This document shows, one piece after another, positions 1-10,703 of a stretch of DNA of 39,176 bases. Location of the stretch: sequence record SRR20825019_871; one strand, given 5' to 3'. The number at the start of each line of letters is the position of its first letter. Position 1 is the stretch's first letter. The notes below the pieces were generated by a model. It did no database searches, had not been told where the DNA came from, and worked only from the letters and a program-made list of their open reading frames with translations. The position numbers were made by a program, and so were the translations under genes.

Positions 1-383
1 ATTGGGTAAAGGTGACATGAAATAGGTTTTTTGAAGTCCGTTTTTCCATCGCGATGCGCTTGCTCAATAGCACACTTTGTTATCCCTTGGTCATCGAAAT
101 ATACAAATGCGCACTCTTTCTCATTAACAAGTGTGGTGACAGGTTCGTTTTCTTGATCCATATAAAAAACGCCCGTTCGCTCTACCTCAGCGATCCCTTC
201 AGGGCGCATATAAGGCTTAATCAATTCAAACTCCTCTTCAAGAACATCAATTTCATCCAATGTAAGTGGCGCGCCAGAATCTCCTTCCACGCAGCATGCA
301 CCTTTACAAGCGTTCAAATCGCAAACAAACTTTCGTTCAAAAATTTGAGTCGAAACAACCTTGTCTTTTATTTCAATAAGCAT
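1..383 (-). CDS. DUF3109 family Cys-rich protein (3' end outside the window; absent from the ORF track)
   Basis: Manual translation from CAT at 381-383 gives MLIEIKDKVVSTQIFERKFVCDLNACKGACCVEGDSGAPL...ECAFV...KCAIEQA...KKPISCHLYP. The CDLxxCKGACCVEGDxGAPL and KPISCHLYP motifs are typical of DUF3109. Confidence 0.85.
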   Translation of the reverse strand, partial: MLIEIKDKVVSTQIFERKFVCDLNACKGACCVEGDSGAPLTLDEIDVLEEEFELIKPYMRPEGIAEVERTGVFYMDQENEPVTTLVNEKECAFVYFDDQGITKCAIEQAHRDGKTDFKKPISCHLYP

Positions 384-437
384 AGTGCAAAGTTCAGAAA
401 AAGAAATGAAACAGACAGCGGGGCTGTATTATGGAAA

Positions 438-821
438 CTAGATGTTGAATATGGACTGAATAAGCCAGTAAATCTGAACGAGACCGAAAAGAACAGCAAG
501 TATAATTCCCAGGGTTTTAAGGACGACACTTCGAAGAGAAAATGCCAAAAGAAATGGAACCCCGATAGTAATGAATGTGATGGCGTTGCTTAAATACTCG
601 AGATTCTCATAGATCTCGTATTCTCCCGTAGTTTTAACGATCATCCGAATTCCGAACCAATAAAGAGCTTGAAAAACAAGCAGAATTATGGCAGTAAGGA
701 CGAGTTTATCTACTGGAGAATGTAGCGTGCCTTTTCTCGTGAGAGAAGTACCGCAACTAGAACAGAAGTTGTTCGTTAATTCAGTAGGATAAGAGCAACG
801 TGCACAAGGGATCATTTCCAT
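438..821 (-). CDS. Zinc-ribbon small membrane protein
   Basis: N-terminal CxxC-x10-CxxCG (CARC...CSSCG) followed by three hydrophobic segments. Confidence 0.7.
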   Translation of the reverse strand: MEMIPCARCSYPTELTNNFCSSCGTSLTRKGTLHSPVDKLVLTAIILLVFQALYWFGIRMIVKTTGEYEIYENLEYLSNAITFITIGVPFLLAFSLRSVVLKTLGIILAVLFGLVQIYWLIQSIFNI

Positions 822-882
822 AGGGGATAAATTTTAATGGAAAATAGCAAAATCAGGGAACGAGAGGAAATAATTTCCTTCT

Positions 883-890
883 TATCTTTG
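883..890 (+). promoter_or_regulatory. Bacteroidota -7 promoter box, 4 nt upstream of the rluF ATG
   Basis: TATCTTTG matches the TAnnTTTG consensus. Confidence 0.65.
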
Positions 891-894
891 TCGA

Positions 895-1644
895 ATGCAA
901 ACACCCGAAAGTACCCGAATCAATAAATACTTGAGCGAAGTAGGATTTTGCTCACGTCGCGCTGCAGATAAATTAATTGAACAAGGGAGAGTTAAAATTA
1001 ACGGGACAGTACCAGAAATGGGCACGAAGGTCACTCCAGAGGATCAAATTACGGTGGATGGTAAAATCATCTCTCAACCAAAAAGCGCACCTGTTTATAT
1101 TGCATTTAACAAGCCTGTCGGAATTGTTTGTACTACAGATAGGCGAGTGGAAAAAGACAACATCATCGATTATATCAATTATCCATCGCGTATTTTTCCA
1201 ATCGGGAGACTTGACAAACCAAGTGAGGGACTTATTTTTCTTACAAATGATGGAGATATTGTAAATAAAATTTTGCGCGCTCGAAATAATCACGAAAAGG
1301 AATACATCGTTCGGGTGAATCGTCAAATCAATGAGACATTTATTCAGAAAATGAGTGATGGAGTTCCAATTCTTGACACCATTACAAGGAAATGCGTTGT
1401 AGAGCAAATTGACCGTTTTACCTTTCGAATAATTCTCACCCAAGGTCTTAATAGACAGATTCGTAGAATGTGTGAATATTTAGGCTACGACGTTCGAGAA
1501 TTGAAACGGACAAGGATTATGAATGTGAAACTCGATGTGCCCATTGGAAAATGGAGAGACCTGACCGAAAACGAGTTAAATGAGCTTCAAGCACTCACCG
1601 AATCTTCCGACAAAACATGGAACGAAGATGATCATGATGAGTGA
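895..1644 (+). CDS. rluF: 23S rRNA pseudouridine synthase F (RsuA family)
   Basis: S4 domain ([18 protein letters not shown]), [10 protein letters not shown], catalytic GRLD, HEKEY and [11 protein letters not shown]. Confidence 0.9.
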   Translation: MQTPESTRINKYLSEVGFCSRRAADKLIEQGRVKINGTVPEMGTKVTPEDQITVDGKIISQPKSAPVYIAFNKPVGIVCTTDRRVEKDNIIDYINYPSRIFPIGRLDKPSEGLIFLTNDGDIVNKILRARNNHEKEYIVRVNRQINETFIQKMSDGVPILDTITRKCVVEQIDRFTFRIILTQGLNRQIRRMCEYLGYDVRELKRTRIMNVKLDVPIGKWRDLTENELNELQALTESSDKTWNEDDHDE

Positions 1645-1669
1645 GTTTGTATCAAAACAAAAACAAGGG

Positions 1670-1700
1670 TTTGCTAATTTAAATAAAATCAGTACATTTG
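1670..1700 (+). promoter_or_regulatory. Housekeeping promoter of rimP-nusA-infB
   Basis: TTTG (1670-1673), 19-nt spacer, TACATTTG (1693-1700): the full -33/-7 consensus. Confidence 0.75.
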
Positions 1701-1728
1701 CATTCTAAAATTAGAGAACAGAAAGAAC

Positions 1729-1753
1729 GAGGGGACACAGGTCCCCTCTTTTT
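1729..1753 (+). terminator. Terminator-like hairpin in the rimP 5' leader (candidate attenuator)
   Basis: GAGGGGAC-acag-GTCCCCTC followed by TTTTT, lying between the promoter and the ATG. Confidence 0.65.
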
Positions 1754-1760
1754 ATAGCCA

Positions 1761-2237
1761 ATGATTAGCAAGAAAAAAGTTGAAGCATTAATTCTCGAGA
1801 GAATTGCAGAACTGGACAATGGATTGTTCATTGTCTCACTCGATATTTCACAAAGTAACGTGATTAATGTTGAGCTGGATAAATACGAAGGAAACGTTTC
1901 TGTTGATGACTGCATCAGAGTTTCAAGAAACGTAGAACATAATTTGGATCGTGAAGAATCAGATTTTGAACTGAGTGTTTCATCCGCAGGATTAGATAAA
2001 GGATTGCGCGTTTTTCCTCAATTCACCAAGAATATTGGCCGCGAGGTTAAGGTGAAGTTAAATGCAGGAGGATCGATAGAAGGAGAGTTAATTGCAGCAG
2101 ATCCAGAACAAATTACTGTTAGAACTGAACGCAAAGAACGAATCGAAGGCAAAAAGAAAAAAGAAACAATCATTGAGGAGCATGTCCTCAAAATGGAACA
2201 AATAAGAGAAACAAAAATTGTGATTTCATTTAAGTAG
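1761..2237 (+). CDS. rimP: Ribosome maturation factor RimP
   Basis: VSVDDCIRVSR and FELSVSSAGL motifs; first gene before nusA-infB. Confidence 0.93.
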   Translation: MISKKKVEALILERIAELDNGLFIVSLDISQSNVINVELDKYEGNVSVDDCIRVSRNVEHNLDREESDFELSVSSAGLDKGLRVFPQFTKNIGREVKVKLNAGGSIEGELIAADPEQITVRTERKERIEGKKKKETIIEEHVLKMEQIRETKIVISFK

Positions 2238-2273
2238 TCCCAAAAGGATGACTTAAGACTAAAATTAAGAAAG

Positions 2274-3509
2274 ATGGACAGTATAGAGTTAGTTGAGTCG
2301 TTTTCGGAGTTTAAGGAATTAAAGAATATTGACAAACAAACGATGCAACATGTATTGGAAGATGTCTTCCGAGCTATGTTGAAGAAAAAATTCAATACAG
2401 ACGAGCACATTGATGTGATTGTAAATATTGATAAGGGCGATGTTCAAATTTTCTTAAATAAGGAGATTGTGGACGACGGTGAGGTAGAAGATTCTAACAT
2501 CGAAATCGCTTATTCTGACGCAATTAAAATTGAGCCAGATTTTGAAATCGGAGAAGAGGTAACTGAAGAGTTTAAGTTTGTTGATTTCGGTCGACGAAAC
2601 ATTCTTTCATTGCGTCAAAACCTGATTTCTAGAATTATGGAATTAGAGAAAGACCACCTTTACAAATTGTACAAGGAGCGCATCGGTGAAATTATCACAG
2701 GTGAGGTTTACCAAGTATGGAAAAAGGAAATTATGGTCTTGGATGACGAAGGAAATGAGTTGATTTTACCTAAGTCTGAACAAATTCCTTCTGATTACTT
2801 TAAAAAGGGAGAGTCTATCCGAGCAGTTGTTGCGAAAGTAGATATGCGAAATAGCAGCCCAGTAATTATTCTTTCACGCACAGCTCCAGAATTCTTAGAG
2901 CGATTGTTTGAGTTGGAAGTTCCTGAAGTGTTTGACGGATTGATTACAATTAAACGTATCGTTCGTGAGCCAGGTGAAAGAGCAAAAGTAGCAGTTGAAT
3001 CTTATGATGACCGTGTGGATCCAGTTGGAGCCTGCGTGGGAATGAAAGGTTCGAGAATTCACGGAATCGTTCGTGAACTTAGAAATGAAAATATCGATGT
3101 AATCAACTTTACGAGTAATCCACAGTTGTTTATCCAAAGAGCGCTTTCGCCAGCTAAAATTTCTTCGATTGATATCGATGAGGAAGCAAGCAGAGCAAAA
3201 GTTTTCTTGAAGCCTGATCAAGTTTCTTTAGCAATTGGTAAAGGAGGTCACAATATCAAGCTGGCTGGACGATTAACAGGTTACGAATTGGATGTTTACC
3301 GTGAAGGTGAAGTAGATATAGAAGATGTAGATTTGGAAGAATTTGCAGATGAAATTGACAGCTGGATCTTGGATGAGTTGAAAGCAATTGGATGTGATAC
3401 TGCGAAATCAGTATTGACAATTCCCGTAGAAGATCTTGCAAAAAGAACTGATTTAGAGGAAGAAACCATCCTAGAAGTGTTTAAAATACTAAGAGCAGAG
3501 TTCGAGTAA
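2274..3509 (+). CDS. nusA: Transcription termination/antitermination factor NusA
   Basis: S1 and KH domains: REPGERAKVAV, DPVGACVGMKGSRI, SLAIGKGGHNIKLA. Confidence 0.98.
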   Translation: MDSIELVESFSEFKELKNIDKQTMQHVLEDVFRAMLKKKFNTDEHIDVIVNIDKGDVQIFLNKEIVDDGEVEDSNIEIAYSDAIKIEPDFEIGEEVTEEFKFVDFGRRNILSLRQNLISRIMELEKDHLYKLYKERIGEIITGEVYQVWKKEIMVLDDEGNELILPKSEQIPSDYFKKGESIRAVVAKVDMRNSSPVIILSRTAPEFLERLFELEVPEVFDGLITIKRIVREPGERAKVAVESYDDRVDPVGACVGMKGSRIHGIVRELRNENIDVINFTSNPQLFIQRALSPAKISSIDIDEEASRAKVFLKPDQVSLAIGKGGHNIKLAGRLTGYELDVYREGEVDIEDVDLEEFADEIDSWILDELKAIGCDTAKSVLTIPVEDLAKRTDLEEETILEVFKILRAEFE

Positions 3510-3580
3510 ATCGACGCAAATCAGTATATTTAGGCACATTATTGAGTATTACGCAAAAAATAGAGGACGCATAGAATTAT

Positions 3581-6352
3581 ATGGCTAGACCAATAAGATT
3601 AGGAAAAGCAGCCGGGGAGTTTAACGTTGGGATTTCAACCATCGTCGAATTCCTAGAGAGCAACGGTGTAACAATTGATACGAATCCAAACACAAAGTTG
3701 GATCCAGGTCAGTATGATATGCTGCGCACCGAATTTGCTGCAGACCAGGATTTAAAAGAAAAAGCAAAACAGCAACAAAGTCCTCGCGAAAAGAGAGAAA
3801 CAATTTCTTTGCGAGACAATAAAAAAGCTGATGAGCCGGAAGTTAAACCTGTGCCAGAACCTGTAGTTGAAAAACCGAAGGTGGAGGTAGTGGAAGAAGA
3901 GGTCAAAGAAAAAGAACCTGTAGTTTCAGCTGCTCCAAAAATGGAGCAAGTAGAGAAAAAAGATGATGATAGCTCTGTAAAAGTGATCGGTAAGATTGAT
4001 TTGAGCGCTATTAACTCTAAAACTCGTCCAGACAAGAAACCAAAGGAGGAGCCTAAAAAAGTGGAAGAGAAGCCTAAAGTGGAAGCTAAAAAGGCGGAAG
4101 AGAAACCGAAAGAAGAGCCAAAGAAGCCTGAAGTTCAAGAAGAAAAACAAGAAAAGAAGGAAGAGAAAGCTCCTGAACGTCCTGCTGAACCTCAGTTAAT
4201 TCGTGCGGAAAGCCAAAAATTGGCTGGGCCGAATGTAATTGGAAAAATTGTTCTTCCAGTTGAAAGACCGCGTGTGTCTGCTGGTGAAAAACGCAAGCGT
4301 AAGCGTGTTCGCAAGGTAGATGTAGCAAAACCTGCTCAACAAGGGCAAGGTCAAGGTGGTCAAAACCAAGGACAACGCGGAGGACAGCCTAACCGTGGTG
4401 GAAACAATAACAACAACGGTCCAAGAAAGAAAATTGAAAAACCTGAAATTACAGAACAGGATATTCAAAAAGAGATAAAAGAAACGCTTGCACGTCTTTC
4501 GAATAAAGGTGGAAAATCCAAAGCGTCGAAAAACAGAAGAGCGAAAAGAGATACAGTTGCGCAACGTCGTCAAGAAGAAGTACTTCAAGCTGAGCTAGAA
4601 GAGAAAATCTTGAAATTGACAGAGTTCGTAACGGTTTCGGAACTTGCTACGATGATGAGTGTTAGCTCAACAGAGGTAATTTCTTCATGTATGTCACTCG
4701 GTATTTTTGCATCGATCAATCAACGATTGGATGCGGAAACTATTCAAATCGTTGCTGAGGAATTCGGTTACGAAACAGAATTCGTAAGTGCTGAGGTTCA
4801 AGAAGCAATTCCAGTAGTAGAGGACAGAGCGGAAGATTTGTTACCTCGTGCGCCGATTATTACAGTAATGGGTCACGTCGATCACGGTAAAACATCATTA
4901 CTCGATAGAATTCGTGATGAAAATGTAATCGAAGGTGAAGCCGGAGGAATTACACAGCACATTGGAGCATACAACGTAACGTTGGAAGGCGGTCAGAAAA
5001 TGACGTTCCTTGATACTCCAGGTCACGAAGCCTTTACAGCGATGCGTGCACGTGGTGCGCAAGTAACGGATATTGCAATTATTATTTTGGCAGCGGATGA
5101 TGACGTAATGCCTCAATCGAAAGAAGCAATTTCTCATGCACAAGCGGCGAATGTTCCTATGATCTTCGCAATTAATAAGATTGATAAACCTGGTGCAAAC
5201 CCAGATAAAATCCGCGAACAACTTTCCGTAATGAATATTCTTGTGGAAGAATGGGGTGGAAAATACCAATGTCAAGAGATTTCAGCTAAGAAAGGAATCA
5301 ACATTGATGAATTGCTTGAAAAAGTATTGCTCGAAGCTGAATTGCTTGAGTTGAAAGCAAATCCAAACAAAAATGCAGTGGGAACTGTATTGGAGGCTTC
5401 CTTAGATAAAGGAAAAGGGTTTGTAACAAACATTCTTGTTGAATCAGGAACGCTGCGTGTAGGAGATTTCGTCCTAGTAGGAAGAAACTTCGGAAAAATT
5501 CGTGCAATGCATGATGAACACGGGAAACCATTGAAAGAAGTTGGACCAGCAATGCCTGCGTCTATTCTAGGAATCAACGGTGCGCCTTCCGCAGGAGATC
5601 GATTTAACATCATGGAAGATGAGCGCGAAGCAAAATCAATTGCATCTAAACGTGAGCAACTTTACCGTGAGCAAGGTCTAAGAACGACTAAGCACATGAC
5701 ACTCGACGAGATTGGTCGTCGTTTGGCAATCGGAGACTTCAAGGAATTGAACTTGATCGTAAAAGGAGATGTGGATGGATCAATCGAAGCACTTTCGGAT
5801 TCATTACTAAGACTTTCTACAGAAGAGATCCAAGTAAATATCGTACACAAAGGAGTGGGAGCAATCTCAGAAGCAGATGTAAACTTAGCTTCAGCTTCAG
5901 ATGCGATTATTATTGGATTCCAGGTACGTCCTTCACATCCTGCGCGCAGATTGGCAGAACAAGAGCAGATCGATATTCGACTGTATTCGGTGATCTACAA
6001 GGCGATCGATGAGATCAAAGCCGCAATGGAAGGAATGCTTTCTCCAGATATTCAAGAAAAAATCCTTGGATCAGCAGAGATTCGCGAAACATTCGATATC
6101 ACGAAAGTGGGAACTATTGCAGGATGTTACGTTATGGATGGAATCATCAAACGTAACTCTCAAATCCGCGTAATTCGTGATGGAATTGTAATTCACACAG
6201 GATCGTTAGGATCGTTAAAACGATTCAAAGACGACGTGAAAGAGGTGAAAAACAATTACGAATGTGGATTGAACATCGACAAGTACAACGACATTAAAGT
6301 TGGCGACATCGTAGAAGCGTATGAAGAGGTAGAGGTTGCTAGAACACTGTAG
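3581..6352 (+). CDS. infB: Translation initiation factor IF-2
   Basis: [26 protein letters not shown] and NKID motifs; charged low-complexity N-terminus. Confidence 0.99.
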   Translation: MARPIRLGKAAGEFNVGISTIVEFLESNGVTIDTNPNTKLDPGQYDMLRTEFAADQDLKEKAKQQQSPREKRETISLRDNKKADEPEVKPVPEPVVEKPKVEVVEEEVKEKEPVVSAAPKMEQVEKKDDDSSVKVIGKIDLSAINSKTRPDKKPKEEPKKVEEKPKVEAKKAEEKPKEEPKKPEVQEEKQEKKEEKAPERPAEPQLIRAESQKLAGPNVIGKIVLPVERPRVSAGEKRKRKRVRKVDVAKPAQQGQGQGGQNQGQRGGQPNRGGNNNNNGPRKKIEKPEITEQDIQKEIKETLARLSNKGGKSKASKNRRAKRDTVAQRRQEEVLQAELEEKILKLTEFVTVSELATMMSVSSTEVISSCMSLGIFASINQRLDAETIQIVAEEFGYETEFVSAEVQEAIPVVEDRAEDLLPRAPIITVMGHVDHGKTSLLDRIRDENVIEGEAGGITQHIGAYNVTLEGGQKMTFLDTPGHEAFTAMRARGAQVTDIAIIILAADDDVMPQSKEAISHAQAANVPMIFAINKIDKPGANPDKIREQLSVMNILVEEWGGKYQCQEISAKKGINIDELLEKVLLEAELLELKANPNKNAVGTVLEASLDKGKGFVTNILVESGTLRVGDFVLVGRNFGKIRAMHDEHGKPLKEVGPAMPASILGINGAPSAGDRFNIMEDEREAKSIASKREQLYREQGLRTTKHMTLDEIGRRLAIGDFKELNLIVKGDVDGSIEALSDSLLRLSTEEIQVNIVHKGVGAISEADVNLASASDAIIIGFQVRPSHPARRLAEQEQIDIRLYSVIYKAIDEIKAAMEGMLSPDIQEKILGSAEIRETFDITKVGTIAGCYVMDGIIKRNSQIRVIRDGIVIHTGSLGSLKRFKDDVKEVKNNYECGLNIDKYNDIKVGDIVEAYEEVEVARTL

Positions 6353-6427
6353 TCAACAGCTTAACATCTTTTAGCAGAGAAAAATAGAGTTTTCAACAGA
6401 TCAATGATGTCATTTGTACAGATTCTG

Positions 6428-6435
6428 TACCTTTG
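6428..6435 (+). promoter_or_regulatory. -7 promoter box for the tatA-gatA operon
   Basis: TACCTTTG, 24 nt upstream of the tatA ATG. Confidence 0.6.
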
Positions 6436-6459
6436 CGTTAACGAATAAATTTAGAAAAG

Positions 6460-6633
6460 ATGATACTAGGAGTTTTCGGTCCTTGGCAAGTAATAGCAAT
6501 TTTAGTAGTTGTTTTGTTGCTTTTCGGAGGTAAAAAAATACCTGAACTCATGAAGGGGTTAGGTAAGGGAGTAAAGGAATTTAAAGATGCTTCATCGAAA
6601 CCAGAAGAAGCAGCTGATTCTGAAGAAAAATAA
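6460..6633 (+). CDS. tatA: Twin-arginine translocase TatA/E subunit, 57 aa (below the ORF-track cutoff)
   Basis: Manual translation: [57 protein letters not shown]. Shows a TM helix, FG hinge and the KxPELxxGLGKGxxEFK amphipathic helix. Confidence 0.95.
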   Translation: MILGVFGPWQVIAILVVVLLLFGGKKIPELMKGLGKGVKEFKDASSKPEEAADSEEK

Positions 6634-6647
6634 TCTAAAGCGAACAA

Positions 6648-8066
6648 ATGTTGCGAACCTACGCTGATGTGAAGAAAGCCATTTCTTCGGAGGATACGGT
6701 GTTGGATATTCTAGAAGGATATTTAGCGGCAATTGAAGCAAATGAGGACCTGAACGCGTTTTTGGAAGTCTTTGAAACTTCAGCACGTGTCCAAGCCAAC
6801 CGAGTGGATGAAAAGCTAAAAAATGGCACCGCAGGTAGGCTAGCAGGAATGGTAATTGGAATCAAGGATAACTTGTGCTATGCCAATCATAAAGTTTCTG
6901 CCTCATCAAAAATTCTTGAAAATTTTGAATCGTTATTTACGGCTACGGCTGTTCAACGATTGATTGACGAAGATGCTATTATTATTGGTAGACTGAACTG
7001 CGACGAATTCGCTATGGGAAGTTCCAATGAGAATTCAGCATTCGGCCCGGTGTTAAATGCACGGAACAAAAAAATGGTACCAGGTGGATCTTCCGGTGGC
7101 TCAGCAACAGCTGTTGCCGCAGGATTGTGTACAGCAGCTCTAGGGAGTGATACAGGAGGATCAATTAGACAGCCAGCGAGTTTCACAGGAACAGTTGGGA
7201 TGAAACCAACGTATGGAAGAATTAGCCGACATGGTTTAATTGCTTACGCGTCTTCCTTCGATCAAATTGGACCATTCACAAACTCTGTTGAAGATGCAGC
7301 TCTCTTGCTTGAAATTATGGCGGGAAAAGACGATTTCGACTCAACAGTGTCATCGAAGCCTGTTGATGATTACAGCAATTTCAAAGAAGAGAAAAACCTC
7401 AAGATCGCCGTTATTCGCGAAAGCTATGAGATGGAAGGAATGGATCCTGAAATCAAAAAGCAACTTGAGCTAACGATAGAACAACTCAAAGAAGAAGGTC
7501 ACGAAGTGGAATTTGTTTCATTTCCGTACCTCGATTTTATGGTTCCTACCTATTACGTGCTCACAACAGCTGAGGCATCTTCAAATCTATCTCGATTTGA
7601 TGGAGTACATTATGGGTATCAAACCAAAGACGCAGTTGGAGTAGAGCAAACCTACAAAAAATCAAGGTCGCAAGGCTTTGGAGAGGAAGTGCAAAGAAGA
7701 ATCATGGCGGGAACATTCGTGCTTTCACATGGTTACTACGACGCTTTCTATACAAAGGGTCAAAAAGTGCGTAGAGTATTGAAGGACAGAACGGATGAAA
7801 TTCTGAAAGAATACGATTTTATTATGCTTCCAACAACGCCAACAACGGCTTTTGAACTGGATGCAGTAAAAGATCCTATTTCTATGTATTTACAAGACAT
7901 CTTTACGGTGCACGCAAATCTTACGGGGAATCCTGCAATCTCTTTACCTATTGGGAATCATAGTAGCGGTCTTCCTTTCGGAATTCAACTCATTGCCAAC
8001 CATTTTGAAGAGGCGAGAATGCTTAATTTATCAAAACAACTTTCCAAAAAGAAAGTAACTCAATGA
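6648..8066 (+). CDS. gatA: Asp/Glu-tRNA amidotransferase subunit A
   Basis: Amidase signature: IKD, DEFAMGSS, PGGSSGGS, GSDTGGSIRQPA, EASSNLSRFDG. Confidence 0.95.
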   Translation: MLRTYADVKKAISSEDTVLDILEGYLAAIEANEDLNAFLEVFETSARVQANRVDEKLKNGTAGRLAGMVIGIKDNLCYANHKVSASSKILENFESLFTATAVQRLIDEDAIIIGRLNCDEFAMGSSNENSAFGPVLNARNKKMVPGGSSGGSATAVAAGLCTAALGSDTGGSIRQPASFTGTVGMKPTYGRISRHGLIAYASSFDQIGPFTNSVEDAALLLEIMAGKDDFDSTVSSKPVDDYSNFKEEKNLKIAVIRESYEMEGMDPEIKKQLELTIEQLKEEGHEVEFVSFPYLDFMVPTYYVLTTAEASSNLSRFDGVHYGYQTKDAVGVEQTYKKSRSQGFGEEVQRRIMAGTFVLSHGYYDAFYTKGQKVRRVLKDRTDEILKEYDFIMLPTTPTTAFELDAVKDPISMYLQDIFTVHANLTGNPAISLPIGNHSSGLPFGIQLIANHFEEARMLNLSKQLSKKKVTQ

Positions 8067-9592
8067 AAATATTCTTAACGATAGCGCTCGCTTTTTTTTC
8101 AAGTTTAGCTTGGAGTCAGGCATATAACGGTCGACCGAACACGGATAAAATTGATAGCGCGTTGCTAGGAGAACAAATGATTCAGACGATCGAGCAGAGT
8201 TTGAATGCATTTTACGAAGACTATTCATATTCAGGAAACTACGATTCGATTATCGATGCACTGAACTATGAATCAGGTACAATTCCGAAATTTTCTGATG
8301 ACGTTTATTGTCAACGGTTGGCAGTAATTAATGAAATGAGCCCGTTTCAGTTGGAGTGCAATGACCAGACATTAAGTACAATTCGCTTTTTCGTAGAAAA
8401 GAGACGTGGATTCGCACGAGTGGTATTAGGACGATCGAAGCTCTACTTCGATATGTTTGAAGAGAAATTATCTGAATACGACCTTCCAATGGAGTTGAAG
8501 TATTTAGCAGTAATTGAAAGTGGATTGAGACCCCAGGTAAAATCAAGAGCAGGTGCGCTCGGTCTTTGGCAGTTCATGTATCGAACAGGTAGAATGTTTG
8601 ATTTAGAGGAAAATTCCTACATCGATGAGCGAATGGATCCTGAAAAGGCAACAGACGCAGCATGCAGATACCTCAAAAAATTGTACGGAATTTACGGTGA
8701 TTGGAACTTGGCCTTGGCAGCGTATAATGCAGGTCCAGGTAACGTGAACAAAGCTATCCGACGATCTGGAAATAAATTGACTTACTGGGAAGTTCGCCCT
8801 TTCTTACCTAGGGAAACACAGGGATACGTTCCTAACTTTATTGCAGCGGCATATTTGCTTACATATCACGCAGAACACAACATTATTCCAATGGAAGCCG
8901 CGGTTGAATACAATCAACTCGACACTATGTGTTTTTCACGTGGCGTTCATTTTTCTACGATAAGCAAACTTTTAGCGATAGACGAGGACGAAATCAAACA
9001 ATTGAACCCAGTCTACAAATTGGATTATATCCCGAAAACAACTCCGAATTCGTGTATTTCCCTTCCATTACAAAAAATTGGACTGCTTGTCGGTAAAGAG
9101 GATAGTCTCTATGCTCTTGAGTACGGGTCAATCACGATTAAGACACCGGCTTCAGCAAACGCAGATTTCAATGTTGAAGTGGAGGAAAACAATGGACAAA
9201 CGGATAACAATCCAACGACAAATGCACCAACCAACACCAATTTCCAATACCACAAGGTAAAGAGTGGAGAAACGTTAGGAACAATAGCTTCTCGTTACGG
9301 AACATCAGTTGGAGCAATTCAACGATTGAATGGATTGTCAACTACGAAAATTTATGTTGGACAGCGTTTAAAAGTAAGTGGTACAGCAACAACTGCAACG
9401 AATCCAACAACACCAGAAAGAACCCCTACTCCTGCGACAACCGAAGCGAAATCTTATTACACAGTTCGTTCGGGAGATACCTTTGGTAAAATTGCGCAAC
9501 GTCATAATAAAAGCATCACGCAATTGAAGAAATTGAACCCAGGAGTCAATATTGATAGATTGGATGTTGGTCAAAAAATTCGGGTGAAATAG
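8063..9592 (+). CDS. MltD-like lytic transglycosylase with LysM domains
   Basis: SLT motifs (LAVIES, GLWQFM, AAYNAG, ETQGYVP) and C-terminal LysM repeats (HKVKSGETL, YTVRSGDTF). Confidence 0.9.
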   Translation: MKIFLTIALAFFSSLAWSQAYNGRPNTDKIDSALLGEQMIQTIEQSLNAFYEDYSYSGNYDSIIDALNYESGTIPKFSDDVYCQRLAVINEMSPFQLECNDQTLSTIRFFVEKRRGFARVVLGRSKLYFDMFEEKLSEYDLPMELKYLAVIESGLRPQVKSRAGALGLWQFMYRTGRMFDLEENSYIDERMDPEKATDAACRYLKKLYGIYGDWNLALAAYNAGPGNVNKAIRRSGNKLTYWEVRPFLPRETQGYVPNFIAAAYLLTYHAEHNIIPMEAAVEYNQLDTMCFSRGVHFSTISKLLAIDEDEIKQLNPVYKLDYIPKTTPNSCISLPLQKIGLLVGKEDSLYALEYGSITIKTPASANADFNVEVEENNGQTDNNPTTNAPTNTNFQYHKVKSGETLGTIASRYGTSVGAIQRLNGLSTTKIYVGQRLKVSGTATTATNPTTPERTPTPATTEAKSYYTVRSGDTFGKIAQRHNKSITQLKKLNPGVNIDRLDVGQKIRVK

Positions 9593-9635
9593 TTTTGCGC
9601 GATTTTTGCTTGGGAACAGACTAAACTAAATAATT

Positions 9636-10703
9636 ATGATTGGACGTTCACTTTTCGCTTGTTTTTTTCTTTTTGCGACACTTGCCTTAACAAGTTGTGA
9701 TTCACCAAATAAGTTAAATTCAACAGGGTTAATTGCTACTGGAAAAGTAGGAGAAATTGTTGTTGTTACCGAAAAGGGAATCTGGGATTCAGAAATCAAG
9801 AATTACCTAGATACAGGTCTCACGCGATTCATTATGCCGTATATGCCAGATTTGGTTACGTTCGAACTCGTTCACAGAGTTCCGGGACGTTTCGAAAACG
9901 GTATTAAAAGACACAGAAATGTTCTTTTTCTTAAAATTGATCCAAAACACAAAGGAGATAAAGCGATTATTGAAAAGAGATTGGATGTCTGGGCTGAAGA
10001 TCAAATAGTTGTAGATATTATTGGAAGAGATTTTAATCAATTACTTGATGTTTGTAAAGGAGGTTTGACTGCCGTTCATGACGAGTTTGATACCATTGAG
10101 TGGAAACGAATCATGGATCGCTACGAAAGAGTGGGCTCAAGTCCAGCAAAAGAACAGGTGAAAAAGAAATTCGGAATTTCTATTGCAATGCCCAAAGGAG
10201 CAAAAATCGTTACCAATCGAACAAATTTTTACCGCATTGAGTTTCCAGATGATTCTAGACCGATTGAGTTCGTGGGTGCTGGAACCGACGCAGGCACAAT
10301 CATGACGGGAATCATGGTGTATCATTACGATTACGTCGATTCTACACAATTGGATCCGCTAAATCTGTTGATGGCACGTGACACCATGCTCAAATACAAT
10401 GTTCCTTCGGAAACTGAAGGAATGTACATGGGAACGCAATATGCCGAAATGGTTTACCCAGAATGGAGCACAATGTCCACTGCAGACGGCAAAATCACAG
10501 GAACGGAAATCCGCGGGATGTTTGTATTTACTGGTTTACCAAGGTTTGGAACAGGAGGAGGATTTTGGGAATATCACTTCGTAAACGAAAAGACAAAGAA
10601 AGTGGTCTGTGTAAGTGGATATGTGGATGCACCACCAACAACAAGTTGGACGCATTATTTCCGAGAAATTCAGGCAGTTCTTAAAAGTGTCAAGATCGAT
10701 TAA
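9636..10703 (+). CDS. DUF4837-like lipoprotein
   Basis: Lipobox LTSC, G-x-x-GEIVVV and DVWAEDQ-like motifs; usual neighbour of the Bacteroidota MltD gene. Confidence 0.65.
   Translation: MIGRSLFACFFLFATLALTSCDSPNKLNSTGLIATGKVGEIVVVTEKGIWDSEIKNYLDTGLTRFIMPYMPDLVTFELVHRVPGRFENGIKRHRNVLFLKIDPKHKGDKAIIEKRLDVWAEDQIVVDIIGRDFNQLLDVCKGGLTAVHDEFDTIEWKRIMDRYERVGSSPAKEQVKKKFGISIAMPKGAKIVTNRTNFYRIEFPDDSRPIEFVGAGTDAGTIMTGIMVYHYDYVDSTQLDPLNLLMARDTMLKYNVPSETEGMYMGTQYAEMVYPEWSTMSTADGKITGTEIRGMFVFTGLPRFGTGGGFWEYHFVNEKTKKVVCVSGYVDAPPTTSWTHYFREIQAVLKSVKID

Noticed and set aside
54-593. 179-aa + strand ORF
   Set aside because: It is an antisense shadow of the DUF3109 and zinc-ribbon genes and has no recognisable motifs.
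3830-4430. Lys/Glu/Pro and Gln/Gly/Asn low-complexity repeats in infB
   Set aside because: This is the ordinary variable IF-2 N-terminal linker.
6438-6786. ORF-track calls 6438..6647 (-) and 6592..6786 (-)
   Set aside because: They are antisense to the real tatA and gatA genes.
6648-8066. gatA without adjacent gatB/gatC
   Set aside because: Dispersed gat genes are usual in Bacteroidota, and absence from this window says nothing about the genome.
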